From assembly GCA_030324005.1 (NCBI GenBank), contig JARDVH010000121.1, positions 51,044,824 through 51,108,823 on the forward strand: 64,000 bases of DNA, read 5' to 3'. The notes under the pieces are model-generated. The model was not told the DNA's origin and ran no database searches. It was given only the letters and a program-made list of their open reading frames with translations. This DNA is from Negaprion brevirostris (taxonomy: Eukaryota). Both the position numbers and the translations under genes were made by a program. This document shows, in pieces, positions 1 to 12,378 of the stretch. Every line of letters begins with the position of its first letter. Position 1 is the stretch's first letter.

Positions 1-50
1 ATGAATTCCATAGGTTACTGAGGTTAATGTAAAAATTTCCTAATTTTTAT

Positions 51-264
51 CTGTTTGGGAACACTGAGGGAGAATTTAGCACGGCCAATGAACCCAGCCA
101 GCACATCTTTCAGACTGCAGGAGGAAACCAGAGCACCTGGAGGAAATCCATGCCAACACAGGGAAAATGTGCTGATTCCACCACAGGCAGTGACCCAAGT
201 CAGGAATTGAACCCGGGTCCCTGGCGCTGTGAGGCAGCAGTGCTAATCACTGTGCCACCACGCC
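51..264 (-). mobile_element. V-SINE, type B tail (partial)
   Basis: Reverse complement of tRNA-like head TGGCACAGTGRTTAGCACTGCTGCCTCACAG, V-domain and AAATTCTCCCTCAGTGT. Confidence 0.85.
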
Positions 265-280
265 AATTCTGACCTATCCT

Positions 281-400
281 GAGCACCCAGAGGAAACCCA
301 TGCAGGCACAGGGAGAACATGCAGACTCCACACAGACACGCTGGGAATTGAACCCGGGTTGCTGGCACTGTCAGCAGCAGTGCCTGCCGCCGTGCCACCC
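281..400 (-). mobile_element. V-SINE 5' fragment
   Basis: Head plus start of V-domain, reverse orientation. Confidence 0.75.
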
Positions 401-777
401 TCTGATAAAGCGATCAGTTTTTACTTCCACCACTTTGCGCGAACAGACTTGGAAAAAGAACAGTCGGTAGCTTTACCACCGTGACCCCACTGACAAACAA
501 CCTATATTGGCATTTTGAAAGAGCCCTCTGCTGCGTTCCCAATTTGCCCACCTATTTCAGGAGGTAGGTTCCTTTTAACATATAAATTTGTTCAGGGGTA
601 CAGGTAATGGATCTAAAGAGTCCTAGCCAAGATACGCTTGGATTATTTTCTTGTGGCCCAGGGAAGCAAGGGTCTGTACAGGAAAATATTTAACATGGCA
701 TTTGATAATTGAAAATACATCAAACCTAATTTTATTTTGACTGCATTAATTGAATAAAAATATGCCAAACCATTCTA

Positions 778-1280
778 CAACAACAACAATTTTATTTTCA
801 TAGTGCAATTAGAATGTCCGGTATAATTGAGTGTTAGCATTATGGTAAAACGTCCCAAGATACTCACAAGAGCATTAACAAACACAATTTAACAGTCAGC
901 CACCTGAGGTGTTTCGACAAATGACCAGAGGAATGCCTTTGGAGGAGGAAAGAGAGGTCAGGAGGCAGAGAGACAGCATCCAGTGGTGGAGTGATTGAAA
1001 CCGGAATGTGCAAGAGTTTGGGGTTGGAGGAGCACCAAGATTTTAGTGTGTCGTGGGATTGGAAGACATAATAGATCAAAGGTGGGATGGATTTAAAAAC
1101 AAGGAGTATATAAAAATGGAGACATTGCTTAACTGGGACCTATGCAAGTTGGCTAGCTAGCGACATAGCGGACATGGGCAATATTGGATGACTCAAGTCG
1201 ATGGAGGGTGGAATATGGGAATCTGGTCAAAAATACCTAGGAACAGTCAAGTCTAGAGACACACGATGCAGAAATGAGAG
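778..1280 (-). mobile_element. L2-like LINE 3' fragments
   Basis: (AAC)n end and aaaacgtcccaag, i.e. reverse of an L2-type tail; degenerate. Confidence 0.5.
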
Positions 1281-1889
1281 ATGTTTTTATTTGTCATCAC
1301 AGGACTTGCATTAGCAGAAACCTGACTGAATTATACATGGATTCCTTCAGACTATCATTTCATGTGAGAGAAAAGCAGAGCACGTAGTCACACATGCTGG
1401 GCAAGTTAACAGAGGATCTAGTCATTTATAAGCTTGCAACAGAAAAAGTACTGTGAACGTTTTGTATAAAAAAATCTAGCTGCACCATTAATGTCCTCCA
1501 GAAACATTGTTTCACAATATGACCTTTTCGGGGAATTTTGATCTCAAAAATGGATGGGTTGTTTTAAAAGTTGGAGTCCCAATACTTACTTTGCCCACTT
1601 CCAGCATTAATGGAGGTGAGATGGATTCTCCCAGGAGGCGGGTATCAAGTTAAATGCAATGAGGGTGTGTGCATCATATCTATCCACAATTTTATTCTGG
1701 CCAGCTTTATTCATTGAATTTCAGGAAAACAACCTCCTCCCATTTCTCTTAACTGCTGAAATATTCCAAGTTGAATATCAGTTGAAAAAAACAGAGGACG
1801 CAATTTTTCTGCCCCGCGGCAGGTCGAGTAGAATAGTGGGGCAGGAAATTTCATTGGGAGGCTAAAATTGGGGACATGGTAGCAAAGTT

Positions 1890-2208
1890 CATAGAATCCT
1901 ACAGTGCAGAAGGAAGCCATTCGGCCCATCGAGTTTGCACTGACTACAATCCCATCCAGACCCAATCCCCACAACCCCATGCATTTACCCTAGTTAGTCC
2001 CTCTGACACTAAGGGGCAATTTATCATAGCCAATACACCTAAATCGCACATCTTTGGACTGTGGGAGGAAACCAGAACACCCGGGGGAAACACACACAGA
2101 CACAGGGAGAACATGCAAGCTCCACGCAGACAGTGACCCAAGCTGGGAATTGAACTCGGGACCCTGGCACTGTGAGGCAGCAATGCTAACCACTGCGTCA
2201 CCGTGCCA
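1890..2208 (-). mobile_element. HE1-type V-SINE, CR1 tail (type A)
   Basis: Full head, V-domain and tail CCTTCTGCACTGTAGGATTCTATG on the minus strand. Confidence 0.92.
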
Positions 2209-2609
2209 TCTGTGGGGATCTTCATTTCAGTAATTGTTAAATCCATATTTGGCTCAGAAACATCAGGTGTGGAAGTGACTCTTTGAAATGATGGAATGTG
2301 CTTGAACCAGAACTTTCAAGCCTCATTACATCAAGCAGTGTTTTTTTTTGAGACAACCCCTTTCTGTCTGTCATTGTGTTATATAATGCCAGCTCCATTT
2401 AAATTTGTACATTTAACAACTGCATTGCTGTGTGATTGAGAAAAGAAGTTGCGATGTTTCCAGCAGCTTACATTGCCAATATTGCTTGAATATTTTAAAC
2501 CTTCAGCAATGAAAGTAAATTGACCTAATTTTTCTGCTTGACTTGCAAGTCTTACTAAGTTGTAATGTATTTTGTTGAATGTGAGGAGTTATAAGATAGA
2601 ATGATTATG

Positions 2610-3499
2610 TGTTAGGATTTTATCTTTAATTCAAGGTAAAATGGAGTAGTTAGAAGGGTCACATGATTGGCTTTGAATCCTGCCCAATAGCAAGTCTGCG
2701 TAGCCAGGTTACCATGGAGATAGGGACACCGAGATTGAGACTTGCTGAGCAAGGTGTGAAGTTATTATACCTAAAAACAAAGGCAAGAGCAGCTAAGCAG
2801 ACTTTCTGGTTGGGACTTTCTGCCCGCCCTCGCCCCAAGGCCGGACGTTCCCTCCTGAGGTCAACAGATAAAGCATGGTGACAGGATGGACAGAAAAGTT
2901 CTGTCCTCTGTCTCTGAGATTTAGATAGAGAGAGAGAAAAAGAGCTTTTGCAGAGAGACAAAAGGATGCAGCGAGTATGTTAAGCAGAGAGGTGAATTTG
3001 GCCTTTCTGCGGAATACCGGGCAGAATGCTGGATGGAACAAGATCTCTAGTTGAAGAGATGCATCTTGTGACAATCTAAAGACTCTGGAAGAATGGTCCC
3101 GATGTGGCCAGGGGAAGGAATTGCTGAATGGGCCTTATTACTGGTCATTTCATGAAACTGGGGGGAGCACTCTTTTGACAGTCATTTATTGAAACAGCAA
3201 GAAGTGAAACCATTGGACACTGAGAGTGATTTTGGACCAGTTCCTGTAAAAACTGCAGTTCCACAGAGGATGGGTGACGTATAAGTCTGATATGGATTTT
3301 TACTTTGTATTAAAAATTAGAGGAATAGATCTTTGCTGCAGTTTAGACCTATTAAAGAGTGTTTAGTCAATGTTGCTTTTAGGTTGTTTGTAACAGTAAT
3401 AGTCTTAAAACCGGAAATATTCTCGTGTAATTCCTTAATTGTTCACTGGGAATTCAGATATCTTTTTAAAAGTTATCACTCTGCATGAGGATTGTCACA
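2610..3499 (+). mobile_element. Putative solo LTR
   Basis: Starts TGTTAG, ends GGATTGTCACA; AG-rich interior; no clear TSD. Confidence 0.45.
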
Positions 3500-4009
3500 A
3501 CATTTTCTTTTGGAAGCTGGGTGTCTGACACATGTAGAAACTCATCATTATCTTTAAGAGTCTCTGGTTCAAGCCAATGAGAAATTCACTTATAAGATTT
3601 CTGATTGCCTAACATGCAATGCTCAAATCTCCCTTGTAGTAACACATGCCGTTTACCTAAATCCAGAGCATTGGATTTAGTGCTGTCTGGCAAGCCACAT
3701 TTTATAAAGCCGCAAAGTATTCACAAGTAATGCTCAAGCCTATCCAACTAAATCCACACAGCTTACTCTTACCGGAAGAAAGAACCAATAAGCCTTCCAT
3801 TGCTTCTGAAGTTCGGACCACCCTGGCTCAGTAAAGCTTTGGCTAGTCTAATTGGGAAGCGTTCCAGCTCCCACCGAGTTTTTATGTCTTCACATTCCAC
3901 GAGTGAGTGGGTCTAATCGATCAATTGTCAACAGTACCTTAGAATACTGTCTGTTTTATCTCTGGAATTTTCAATTTGGAAGGTTAGCTTCCAGTGCTTA
4001 GCAAACTTC

Positions 4010-4150
4010 CATAGGAACAGGAGGATATCATTCAGCTCTTCAAGCCTCTTCCACCATGCAATGTGATCAATATCTAGAAACCTGCGATTGTCCTATATCC
4101 TTCAGTATATTTAACTAGAACAAAAATCTACCTATCTCAGTTTTAAAATT
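4010..4150 (-). mobile_element. CR1-like LINE 3' fragment
   Basis: ataggaacaggagg...cattcagctcttcaagcct, similar to other CR1 ends in the window. Confidence 0.5.
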
Positions 4151-4387
4151 AGCACAGGCATGGCATCTTAAAAGCTGCTGACCTCTCTTACCCTGAGCAA
4201 TATTGTGACTTGTTGGTTGCTAGACAACTGAGAAGAGTAGGTTTTACTACATGAACAGTCAATGTATCCCATTGAATAGTCTTACTGAGTGTGTGAACTT
4301 CAGTGACACAACTCAGGGCAGATATTTTAGAACTGGGAAGGTCGAGGCTTTTGGCTTGTTTGATTCCAGGCTAGACAGTTATTAATC

Positions 4388-4477
4388 AAAAGCAAAATAC
4401 TGCGACTGTTGGAAATCTGAAATAAAGATAGAAAATGGTGGAAATACCCAGCAGGTCAGAGAGTATCTGTAGAGAGG
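4388..4477. mobile_element. Penelope-like terminal fragment
   Basis: aaatactgcg...ggaaatctgaaataaa...cagcaggtc motif shared with 15675-16175 and 57918-58400. Confidence 0.55.
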
Positions 4478-4597
4478 GGTGCGTGCTGGAATTCCACCGC
4501 CTCGCCCTCCATGGAATCAGAGCAGGTGAGGGGCAGACAACGGAAATGTCTCGGGTGAGAATTTTTGGCCTCGCTTGAGCGATTCAGATCAGTAGAG

Positions 4598-4901
4598 GGG
4601 TAGCATGGCAGTACAATGGTTAGCACTGCTGTCTCACAGCACCAGAGACCCAGGTTCAATTCCGGCCTCGGGACTGTCTGTGTGGAGTTTACACGTTCTC
4701 CGTATGTCTGCGTGGGTTTCCTCTGGGTGCACCTGTTTCCTCCCACAATCTGAAAAACGAGCTGGTTAGGTGTACTGACCATGCTAAATTCTCCCTCAGT
4801 GTACCCTACAGGCGCTGGAGTGTGCGACTAGGGGATTTTCACAGCAACTTCATTGCAGTGTTAATGTAAGCCTACTTGTGACTAATAAATAAACTTTAAC
4901 T
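4598..4901 (+). mobile_element. V-SINE, type B tail
   Basis: Head, V-domain and tail ending CTACTTGTGACTAATAAATAAACTTT. Confidence 0.92.
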
Positions 4902-6439
4902 TTTCGTCTTTCACTAGAACAGATGAAGTGAGTCATCAACAGTATAAAGAACCTCAAACAATGCTTATAACTGCAGAGCTCAAAACAGAACACAGGATAA
5001 TCAGACCATTGACCTGGGGATACTGGATTGACTATTTTCATGTGTCTTTTTGTTCTTTTTGTTGCCAGTCGATAGTTCTCAACACTGGTGAGTTCCCAAT
5101 GACACTGCAATGCCCTTTGTCCGCTTTTCAAGCTTTGCACTTTCTAGTGCGTTGATACATACCTCGCCATGAATGGACATTCTCAGTTCTTTTTGAAGAT
5201 CGATCCATACAGGAAATTAACACAAAATTTTAATTCAGACTAATTAAAAAATTGAGATGAAAGAATGCTCTTTCTTTCTTCAAAGTGAGCTTTAAAAATG
5301 CTGTGTACAAAAAAGCCATTTTTGTTAGCTCTCCCTTAATGTACTTCAAACAGAACTACCATTAGGATGTCTGCAGACTCGGGCTAAATCTACGCAGATT
5401 GGTGTTACAGCTACCATTAGCTGTCTAAAATTGTCATTGATATTCTGACTGTACTCCAAGGGAGATACACCCCATCTCCAAGAAGGTCAACTGTTCAGTT
5501 AAAAAGCTTTCCTTAACTGGAGCTGAGATCTACATTTCAGGAACGATTTTCAAGTTTCTATTTGTGCTACATCCCTGACTCAAACCTATCATTTACCACA
5601 GTAGAAATGATCAGCAGAAACATGCCTTGATTTACAAAGTAGTTCACATTTTCAGTCTCTTGTAAAGCCTCATAAGCCGCCTTGTCAGCTGTCAAAATGA
5701 GACAGCTTCCCAGTACATTTTTTCTTTTACTCTGGACATAAATTCATACTCTAGTGGCTTTACGATAGCCAATCTCGAGGTTAGACAAGTTGAAGGTTAG
5801 ACTGCAATAACTAACTGCTGCTTTGCATTGCAGTAAAAGTCAGAACTTCTTGTAGTACAGTATTCATACTTTTCCATGTAATGGGACAAAATTGGCTATA
5901 TGTTACTGCTGCCTTTTTTTTTAATAAGAACTCATCATTACAAAGGGTAACATATTCTATAAGTGGAAGAATTGCACTGTCCTAGAATTGATAGTTGAGC
6001 TAGTTTATTTTCCTGACCCTCTTCATTTCCAAGTGCCTCATTTACCTGCCTGCTACGCAAAACCTTTTTTTAATAACAAATGCACTGCATTGCACAATGC
6101 TGAACATTCTTCAGCTGTGCAGCCGTCATCGATAGGTTGTTACCTAGTATTGCCCAAGTGTTCGAACTGGACATCAGCTAGGACAGAAGCAAGGAATAGC
6201 AAATACTGCAACCTGTCCACTGTCAGCAGCCTCTGTTATATTCCCAAGTGCTACTGGTTTTTCTGCATAACAGTTAGTTCTTGTTTTGCCATTTCAGGAG
6301 TAATAACAAATGTAGCAAAGCATAATTGAAAGTGTTCATCAAATAAATAGAATGCTGCTATATAGATAATGCAATAACTCAGGCTATAACAGAAATCAAT
6401 TGCACGTCATCAGAATTTCGTATGAATGGGATTTGTTAT

Positions 6440-7220
6440 TTTCACACATAAAGGTAGGGAAGTTCTCCTGGGTGTTCCGATCAATATTCAACCAATGTCT
6501 TTTAAAGAACAGATCATTTGGTGTCACGGTGGCATAGTGGTTAGCACTGCTGCCTCACAGCGCCAGGGACCTGGGTTCAATTCTAGCCTAGGGTCACTGT
6601 CCATGTGGAGTCTGCANNNNNNNNNNNNNNNNNNNNNNNNNNNNNNNNNNNNNNNNNNNNNNNNNNNNNNNNNNNNNNNNNNNNNNNNNNNNNNNNNNNN
6701 NNNNNNNNNNNNNNNNNNNNNNNNNNNNNNNNNNNNNNNAATATTCAACCAATGTCTTTTAAAGAACAGATCATTTGGTGGCACGGTGGCATAGTGGTTA
6801 GCACTGCTGCCTCACAGCGCCAGGGACCTGGGTTCAATTCTAGCCTCGGGTCACTGTCCATGTGGAGTCTGCACGTTCTCAGTGTGTCTGTGTGAGTTTC
6901 CTCTGGGTGCTCCAGTTTCCTCCCACAGTCCAAAGATATGCAGGTTAGGTTGATTGGCCTTGATAAATTGACTCTAGTGTCAAGGGGATTAGCAGAGTAA
7001 ATATATGAGATTACAAGAGTGGGGCCTGGGTGGGATTATGGCCGGTGCAGACTCAGTGGGCTAAATGGCTTCCTTCTGCACTGTAGGGATTCTATTATTC
7101 ACTTGGCCATTATTAATTTGCTGTTTGTGGAATCTTAATGTGCAGGAACTGACTGTTGCATTTCTTAGAATGATTACACCTCAAAAGTACTTTGTTGTCT
7201 GGATGACATGGTCATAAACA
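6440..7220 (+). mobile_element. Deu-domain SINE relic interrupted by an HE1-type SINE
   Basis: Flanks 6440-6520 and 7100-7220 resemble the 3' half of the element at 33135-33590. Confidence 0.55.
6777..7098 (+). mobile_element. HE1-type V-SINE (type A)
   Basis: Full length with CR1 tail; possible TSD tcatttgg/tcacttgg. Confidence 0.9.
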
Positions 7221-7329
7221 CGTGTGTCTGTGTACATGTGCATGCGTAGATACGCACACAAATAACCAAGCATAGTATCAGGGCGACTGAGCAAAAATCA
7301 AATTAATGAATTGCAGGGAATAAATTCTT

Positions 7330-8332
7330 CAATGTTTGGAATCATACCTAGTCCAAAATTATTTCAGTCCCAGGATATCAGTGCAGGAGATCTTCACAGT
7401 AGTATTCTAGGGCCAACACCTTCAGCTGCTTCCATCTGAATGTTAAAAGTGAGAATGTGCAGCCATCAGTAAACAACGGTCAGCACCATTCAGAGTCCTC
7501 AGATACTTAAACAGCCCATGTCCACATGTAGCAAGACCTGGACAATATTCAGGCTTGGGCTGATATGTGACAAATGGCATTCTTGCCGCATTAGTGCCAG
7601 GCAACGACCATCTCCAATGAGCGAGAATCTAACCATTTCCTCATGATATTCAATGACATTGCCATTACTGAATCCCCCACTATCAGCGCACTGAGGATTA
7701 GCATTGTGCAGAAACTGAACCAGCCATATACGTTCTGTGGTTTAAAGAGCAGGTCGGAGGTTGGAAATTTCGCAACAAGTAATTCTGCCCCTGACTCCCC
7801 AAAGTCTATCCACCATCAAGGCACTAGTGTATCTATCCACCATCTTGATGGTTTATCCACCTTGATGGTCTATCCACCATCAAGGCACTAGTACCATCGT
7901 CAGGAGTGCGATGGAATCATCTCCACTTGCCTGAATCAAAGGCAAAGCAGCCCATTTGATCAGCAGCCCGTCCACCACCACCAATGCACAATACGTACCA
8001 TTCGCAAGATTCATTGCAGGAGTTCACCAAGGCTGTTTTGATGGCACATTCCAATTCTGTGACCTCTGCAACCTTGAAGAACAGCAGCAACAGATGCATG
8101 GGAATAACACACCCTACAAGTTCCCCTCTAAGTCACATGTTATCCTGCCTTGGGACTACATCACTTGTTTCTTCACTGTCACTGGGTAGAAATCCTGGAG
8201 TTTCCTCCTTAACGACACTATGGTGTACCTACACCATGAGGATTGCAGCATGGACTCTACAAAGCATCTCAACAGCATCTCTCAGGGGCAGCTATGGAGG
8301 TTAATAAATGCTGGCCTTGTTAGTAATATCCT
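7330..8332 (+). mobile_element. CR1-clade LINE 3' part (second family), degenerate
   Basis: Collinear with the reverse copy at 26782-27850; ends AATAAATGCTGGCC. Confidence 0.75.
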
Positions 8333-8346
8333 AGTCAGTAATATTG

Positions 8347-8642
8347 GGGTGACACAGTGGCACAGTGGTTACTATTGGTGCCTCACAGTGCCAGGGATCC
8401 AAATTCAATTCCCACCTCGGGGGGTTGTCTGTGCAGAGTCTGCAAGTTCTCCCTGTGTCTAGGTGGGTTTTCTCTGGTTTCCTCCCACAATCTGAAAGAT
8501 GTGCTGGTTAGGTGTATTGGGCCATGCTAAATTCTCCCTCAGTGTCCCCAAACAGGCACCAGAGTGTGGCGACAATGGGATTTTCACAGAAACTTCATTG
8601 CAGTATTAATGTAAGCCTACTTGTCAAACTAACAAATAAACT
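8347..8642 (+). mobile_element. V-SINE, type B tail
   Basis: Head, V-domain and type B tail. Confidence 0.9.
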
Positions 8643-9354
8643 AAAAAAAACACATGCAATGAATGAACTTTTTAAAAGATTATGTCACGAATATTACTGA
8701 ATGAATGCTTACGTTTGGTTAGTTTTACTGCGGCCTAACAATTTCATTAAAATAATGGACCGAGGGATTTCATGTTTATGAGTAGTTTTGCTTTATATTG
8801 TCCAAGACATAATTTCAGGGTTGCAACGTTCAGTGAAACCTCAGTTGGTATGGCAATGCAGCAGCTGCTTTTGTTTCCAACCCTCTGGAACATTCTCTGT
8901 GACTGTCGCATTCAACACAAGGGGACCCTGGACTGTCACTGCAACAATATGCTTGCTCTCATCGGGTGGCTCTCCTGTGTTCAATTAGCAATATTCAAGT
9001 ATAATATGTGTCACTGGCCTATGTTTAAACATGGATAAATAAAGTTTTACTCCCCATTGAACAACAGGAACTTGTTAAAGCATCTTTATATTTTTGAAAG
9101 CTTTTAAGAAAAGAAAGTCAATGCTGGAAATCATCCATCACTGAGAACCACGATTGAATTTATAGCGTTGAATGTAGGCCAGTCCAATGCAAACAACTAA
9201 GTTTCTGAGGCATGTTAAATGGGACAATTTAAAGACTAGAATTTGGTCCCCCTAAAGGGAACGTTTCAGCAAAAAGAATGATATTAGTCCTGTTTTTTGA
9301 AAAACAAAAGCACAATTTGGTACAGAAATTGTGTAGCTGGCCAAAAGAGAGACG

Positions 9355-9529
9355 TGGAGTTAATGTCCTTTAGAGGAGGAAATCTGCTGACCTTATCTGG
9401 TCTGGCCAACATGTGACTCCAGATCCACAGCAATGTGGCTGACTCTCAGCAGCCCTTTGGCAATTAGGGATGGGCAATAAATGCTGGCCAGCCAGCGACG
9501 CCCATGTCCCACGAATGAATAAAAAAAAA
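9355..9529 (+). mobile_element. tRNA-SINE family C, 3' part
   Basis: taatgtcctttag...GGCAATTAGGGATGGGCAATAAATGCTGGCC...poly(A); matches reverse copy 32775-33125. Confidence 0.8.
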
Positions 9530-10516
9530 TTTCAGGTAAACATTGAAGACTTTGTATGTGTATGTCCCAGATTGGATTTGGGAAGGACAGTGTTTCAGTC
9601 ATTACACTTGCAAATGTTTCATGCCATATAGTGACAAAATGTTCATTCCCAGCCATGTCTTCAAATCAGCCAAAAAAAATCTCAATCCTGAAATAGTTTT
9701 AGAACAGAAACTTAAGTTGTGCCTCAGCATTTTTTAAGTTAACCACACGTTAAAGAGTTAAGCAAGTTTGATTTTAAAATTAAAATGTTAATATTATGAC
9801 TGCCCAGCATAAATTTGCATTATTATTTTGTTACTTACTTTGCAGGTCTTTGACCTCACTTGGCATCAAGTGCCTGTTCTGTCAACCTACTCAGTTTGAT
9901 GTGCTTTTGGAAGTACTGCAGTTCTACATTGAAGACTTCTGACAGAGTAACCCAGTGTAGCCACCAGAAAAACTCAGCAGGTGAGTGCAAATGAGCTCCC
10001 TTACCTGCATAACCAACCACATCACCATTATAAACAGATTTCTTGTGNNNNNNNNNNNNNNNNNNNNNNNNNNNCCCCCCCGCCCACCAAGCAACATTTA
10101 GGTACAGACATGCATAGGTGATGATGAGAAAATGAAACAAGTGCTTTAGTGCTGCTCCACTGAGTTTGGTCTGCTTCTGAGCCTCAAGGAATGACTTACA
10201 GGTACACAGAGTGAGATGTGACAAAAAAGCTGTTGATATCGTTCTTAATAAAAATCTTTCTGGAGCTATGCTGCATAGTTTGTGGAGACCAGTCGTGATT
10301 CGTGCTGAGTTCCTGTTGTGCCCAAGGACCGGAGAATCCCAGGAACAGGGAGCATCTGGCTTGAAATTGACTATGCATATTTAATTATGTTAATTTGGTT
10401 CCCAGCCAGAGAGGGCCAGAATCAGATTATAATGACGCATGCATGTTGGAAGAATCCCAAAGGTGTTTCTCACTGCCATTAAATGCGCCCATCCCCTCCC
10501 CCAGGATTCTTTGACT

Positions 10517-11378
10517 TGTGATAATACTGTGCCTTTAAGAACCGTATTTGTGTCATGTTTCTTCTGAAGGGATTGTTTTATATTTTATCTTTCATAATAA
10601 TGCCAAAATGTTTCCAGCTGGCAGCCCACCTGCTGATCCTGCAGAAGAATTAATAACTCCTAATTATTGGAGTGTTTGTTTTAATCTAGGCTAATGCATT
10701 ATTGATACTTTTAGAGTTGTTCCTGAGATTCAGATTAGGGTTAGGTTAGACTGACTGACAAGAGAATCATGTGTGTGGGTGGAGCTAGGCATACAGAGAA
10801 AGAAAACAATAAGCAGGCAGTTTCAGCTTGAATTTGAAAACGACAATAGTTCTTTCTCTCTCTCTCTTTATTTGGAAATTTAAGTCTGTGGACCTGCTAG
10901 AAAATAAGTGTCCCTCTCTAGAGGTCTGCAAAAGGAAAAAATGNNNNNNTCCCTCTCTTTCTAACACTGGAGTCCTGCTGAGTAAAAATAGATTTTCCTC
11001 TGGAGACTACTATCTAAGAGTCAGAAGATGGGTGTCTCTCTGTATCTCTGTCTGAGGGGTTACCGGGCTGTTGGACTGGGAATTCACATAAGCCTGTGTG
11101 CCTTGCTAATTGATGAGTTTATGTCTATGGGGATATTGCTTAAATTGGAATTAAAAGAAATAGTTAACAATTCAGAATTATACCTTATCTTGCTTAAGGC
11201 TTTCAATTTTTGTTATATTTCAACTATGTTGCAAAATAGCATTTGTTTTCAGTACAAACTTCCAAATAGGTCAATAGAATCATACCTCGAATGGTATGCT
11301 CACACTCATGCCAAAATCAAAAATAGTTGGGAAGTAGGTTAACTTCATAATAAACAATGGAGTTTCTTATCCTGACCA
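10517..11378 (+). mobile_element. Putative solo LTR nested in a Harbinger-type MITE relic
   Basis: TGTGATAA...CCTGACCA with near-TSD gact/gacc; MITE-type end aaaatcctgccc at about 11427-11438. Confidence 0.5.
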
Positions 11379-12100
11379 GACCCCACACAGCCCCAATGTG
11401 AGCTGCGCCAGGTGCAATGTTGGCAAAAAATCCTGCCCTATAAATCTGACTGGAATATCTTTTCCTAAAGTAGTATTCCAAAGAGTTCCATTTAAAGCCC
11501 ATTAATCTCCCCCTTTCCTGACTACTCCTGAATTATCCTGTACCAATCAAGAAACATGGAAGGTATTGCTGGAACTCGGTGCTCTATAAATCTGACCTGC
11601 TTGCACGTTTCTTGGGTGCATGGTCATTGTGTATTTATGATTCTCATATTGATTGACCACATTATGAAGAACCATTAACTCCTCACTTACACAATGATAC
11701 TGTCCACAGAAACAACTTAATTTTACCCAGTTTCTCTTCAGCTGAAACCCTCCTGTGGCTCCATACCTGTGAAATTAAATAGGCAACTACACTTTATTGA
11801 GGTGCAAACAATCCACCAAACAACCAGTTTCTGCCTGAAATAGCCAACGTGTTTAACACTGCAAGGGGCAGCTTTATCATCAACAATAATGATAATGGCA
11901 AATGGATTGTGCTATTTGCCAATTTCAAAGTGGGTGGCTTAAATTGAGGCTGTATATTAAATGATAGTTAAACTATTATGTGATTTTTGTTGATAAACAA
12001 ACTGTCAGGAACCCCTAAAGTTGCTTGGTACGCTCTGTCATGCTGTCAAAGCAGAACAGGGTGAATGATCAAACAACATTTGTTAAAATGAAGCTAGCCT

Positions 12101-12378
12101 TCACGGTGGCGCAATGGTTAGCACTGCTGCCTCGTAGGGACTCGGCCTTGGGTGCGGAGTTTGCAAGTTCTCCCTGTGCCTGCGTGGGTTTCTTCAAGGT
12201 GTTCTGTTTTCCTCCCACAATCCAAAGACGTGTAGGTTAGCTTGATTAGCCATGCTAAGTTGCCCCTTAGAATCAGGGGGATTAGTTGGATAAATGCATG
12301 GGGTTGCAGGGGTAGGATTGTTGTCGGTGCAGGCTCAGTGGGCCAAATGGCCTCATTCTGCACTGTAGGGATTCTATA
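12101..12378 (+). mobile_element. HE1-type V-SINE (type A), internal deletions
   Basis: Head and CR1 tail present. Confidence 0.85.
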
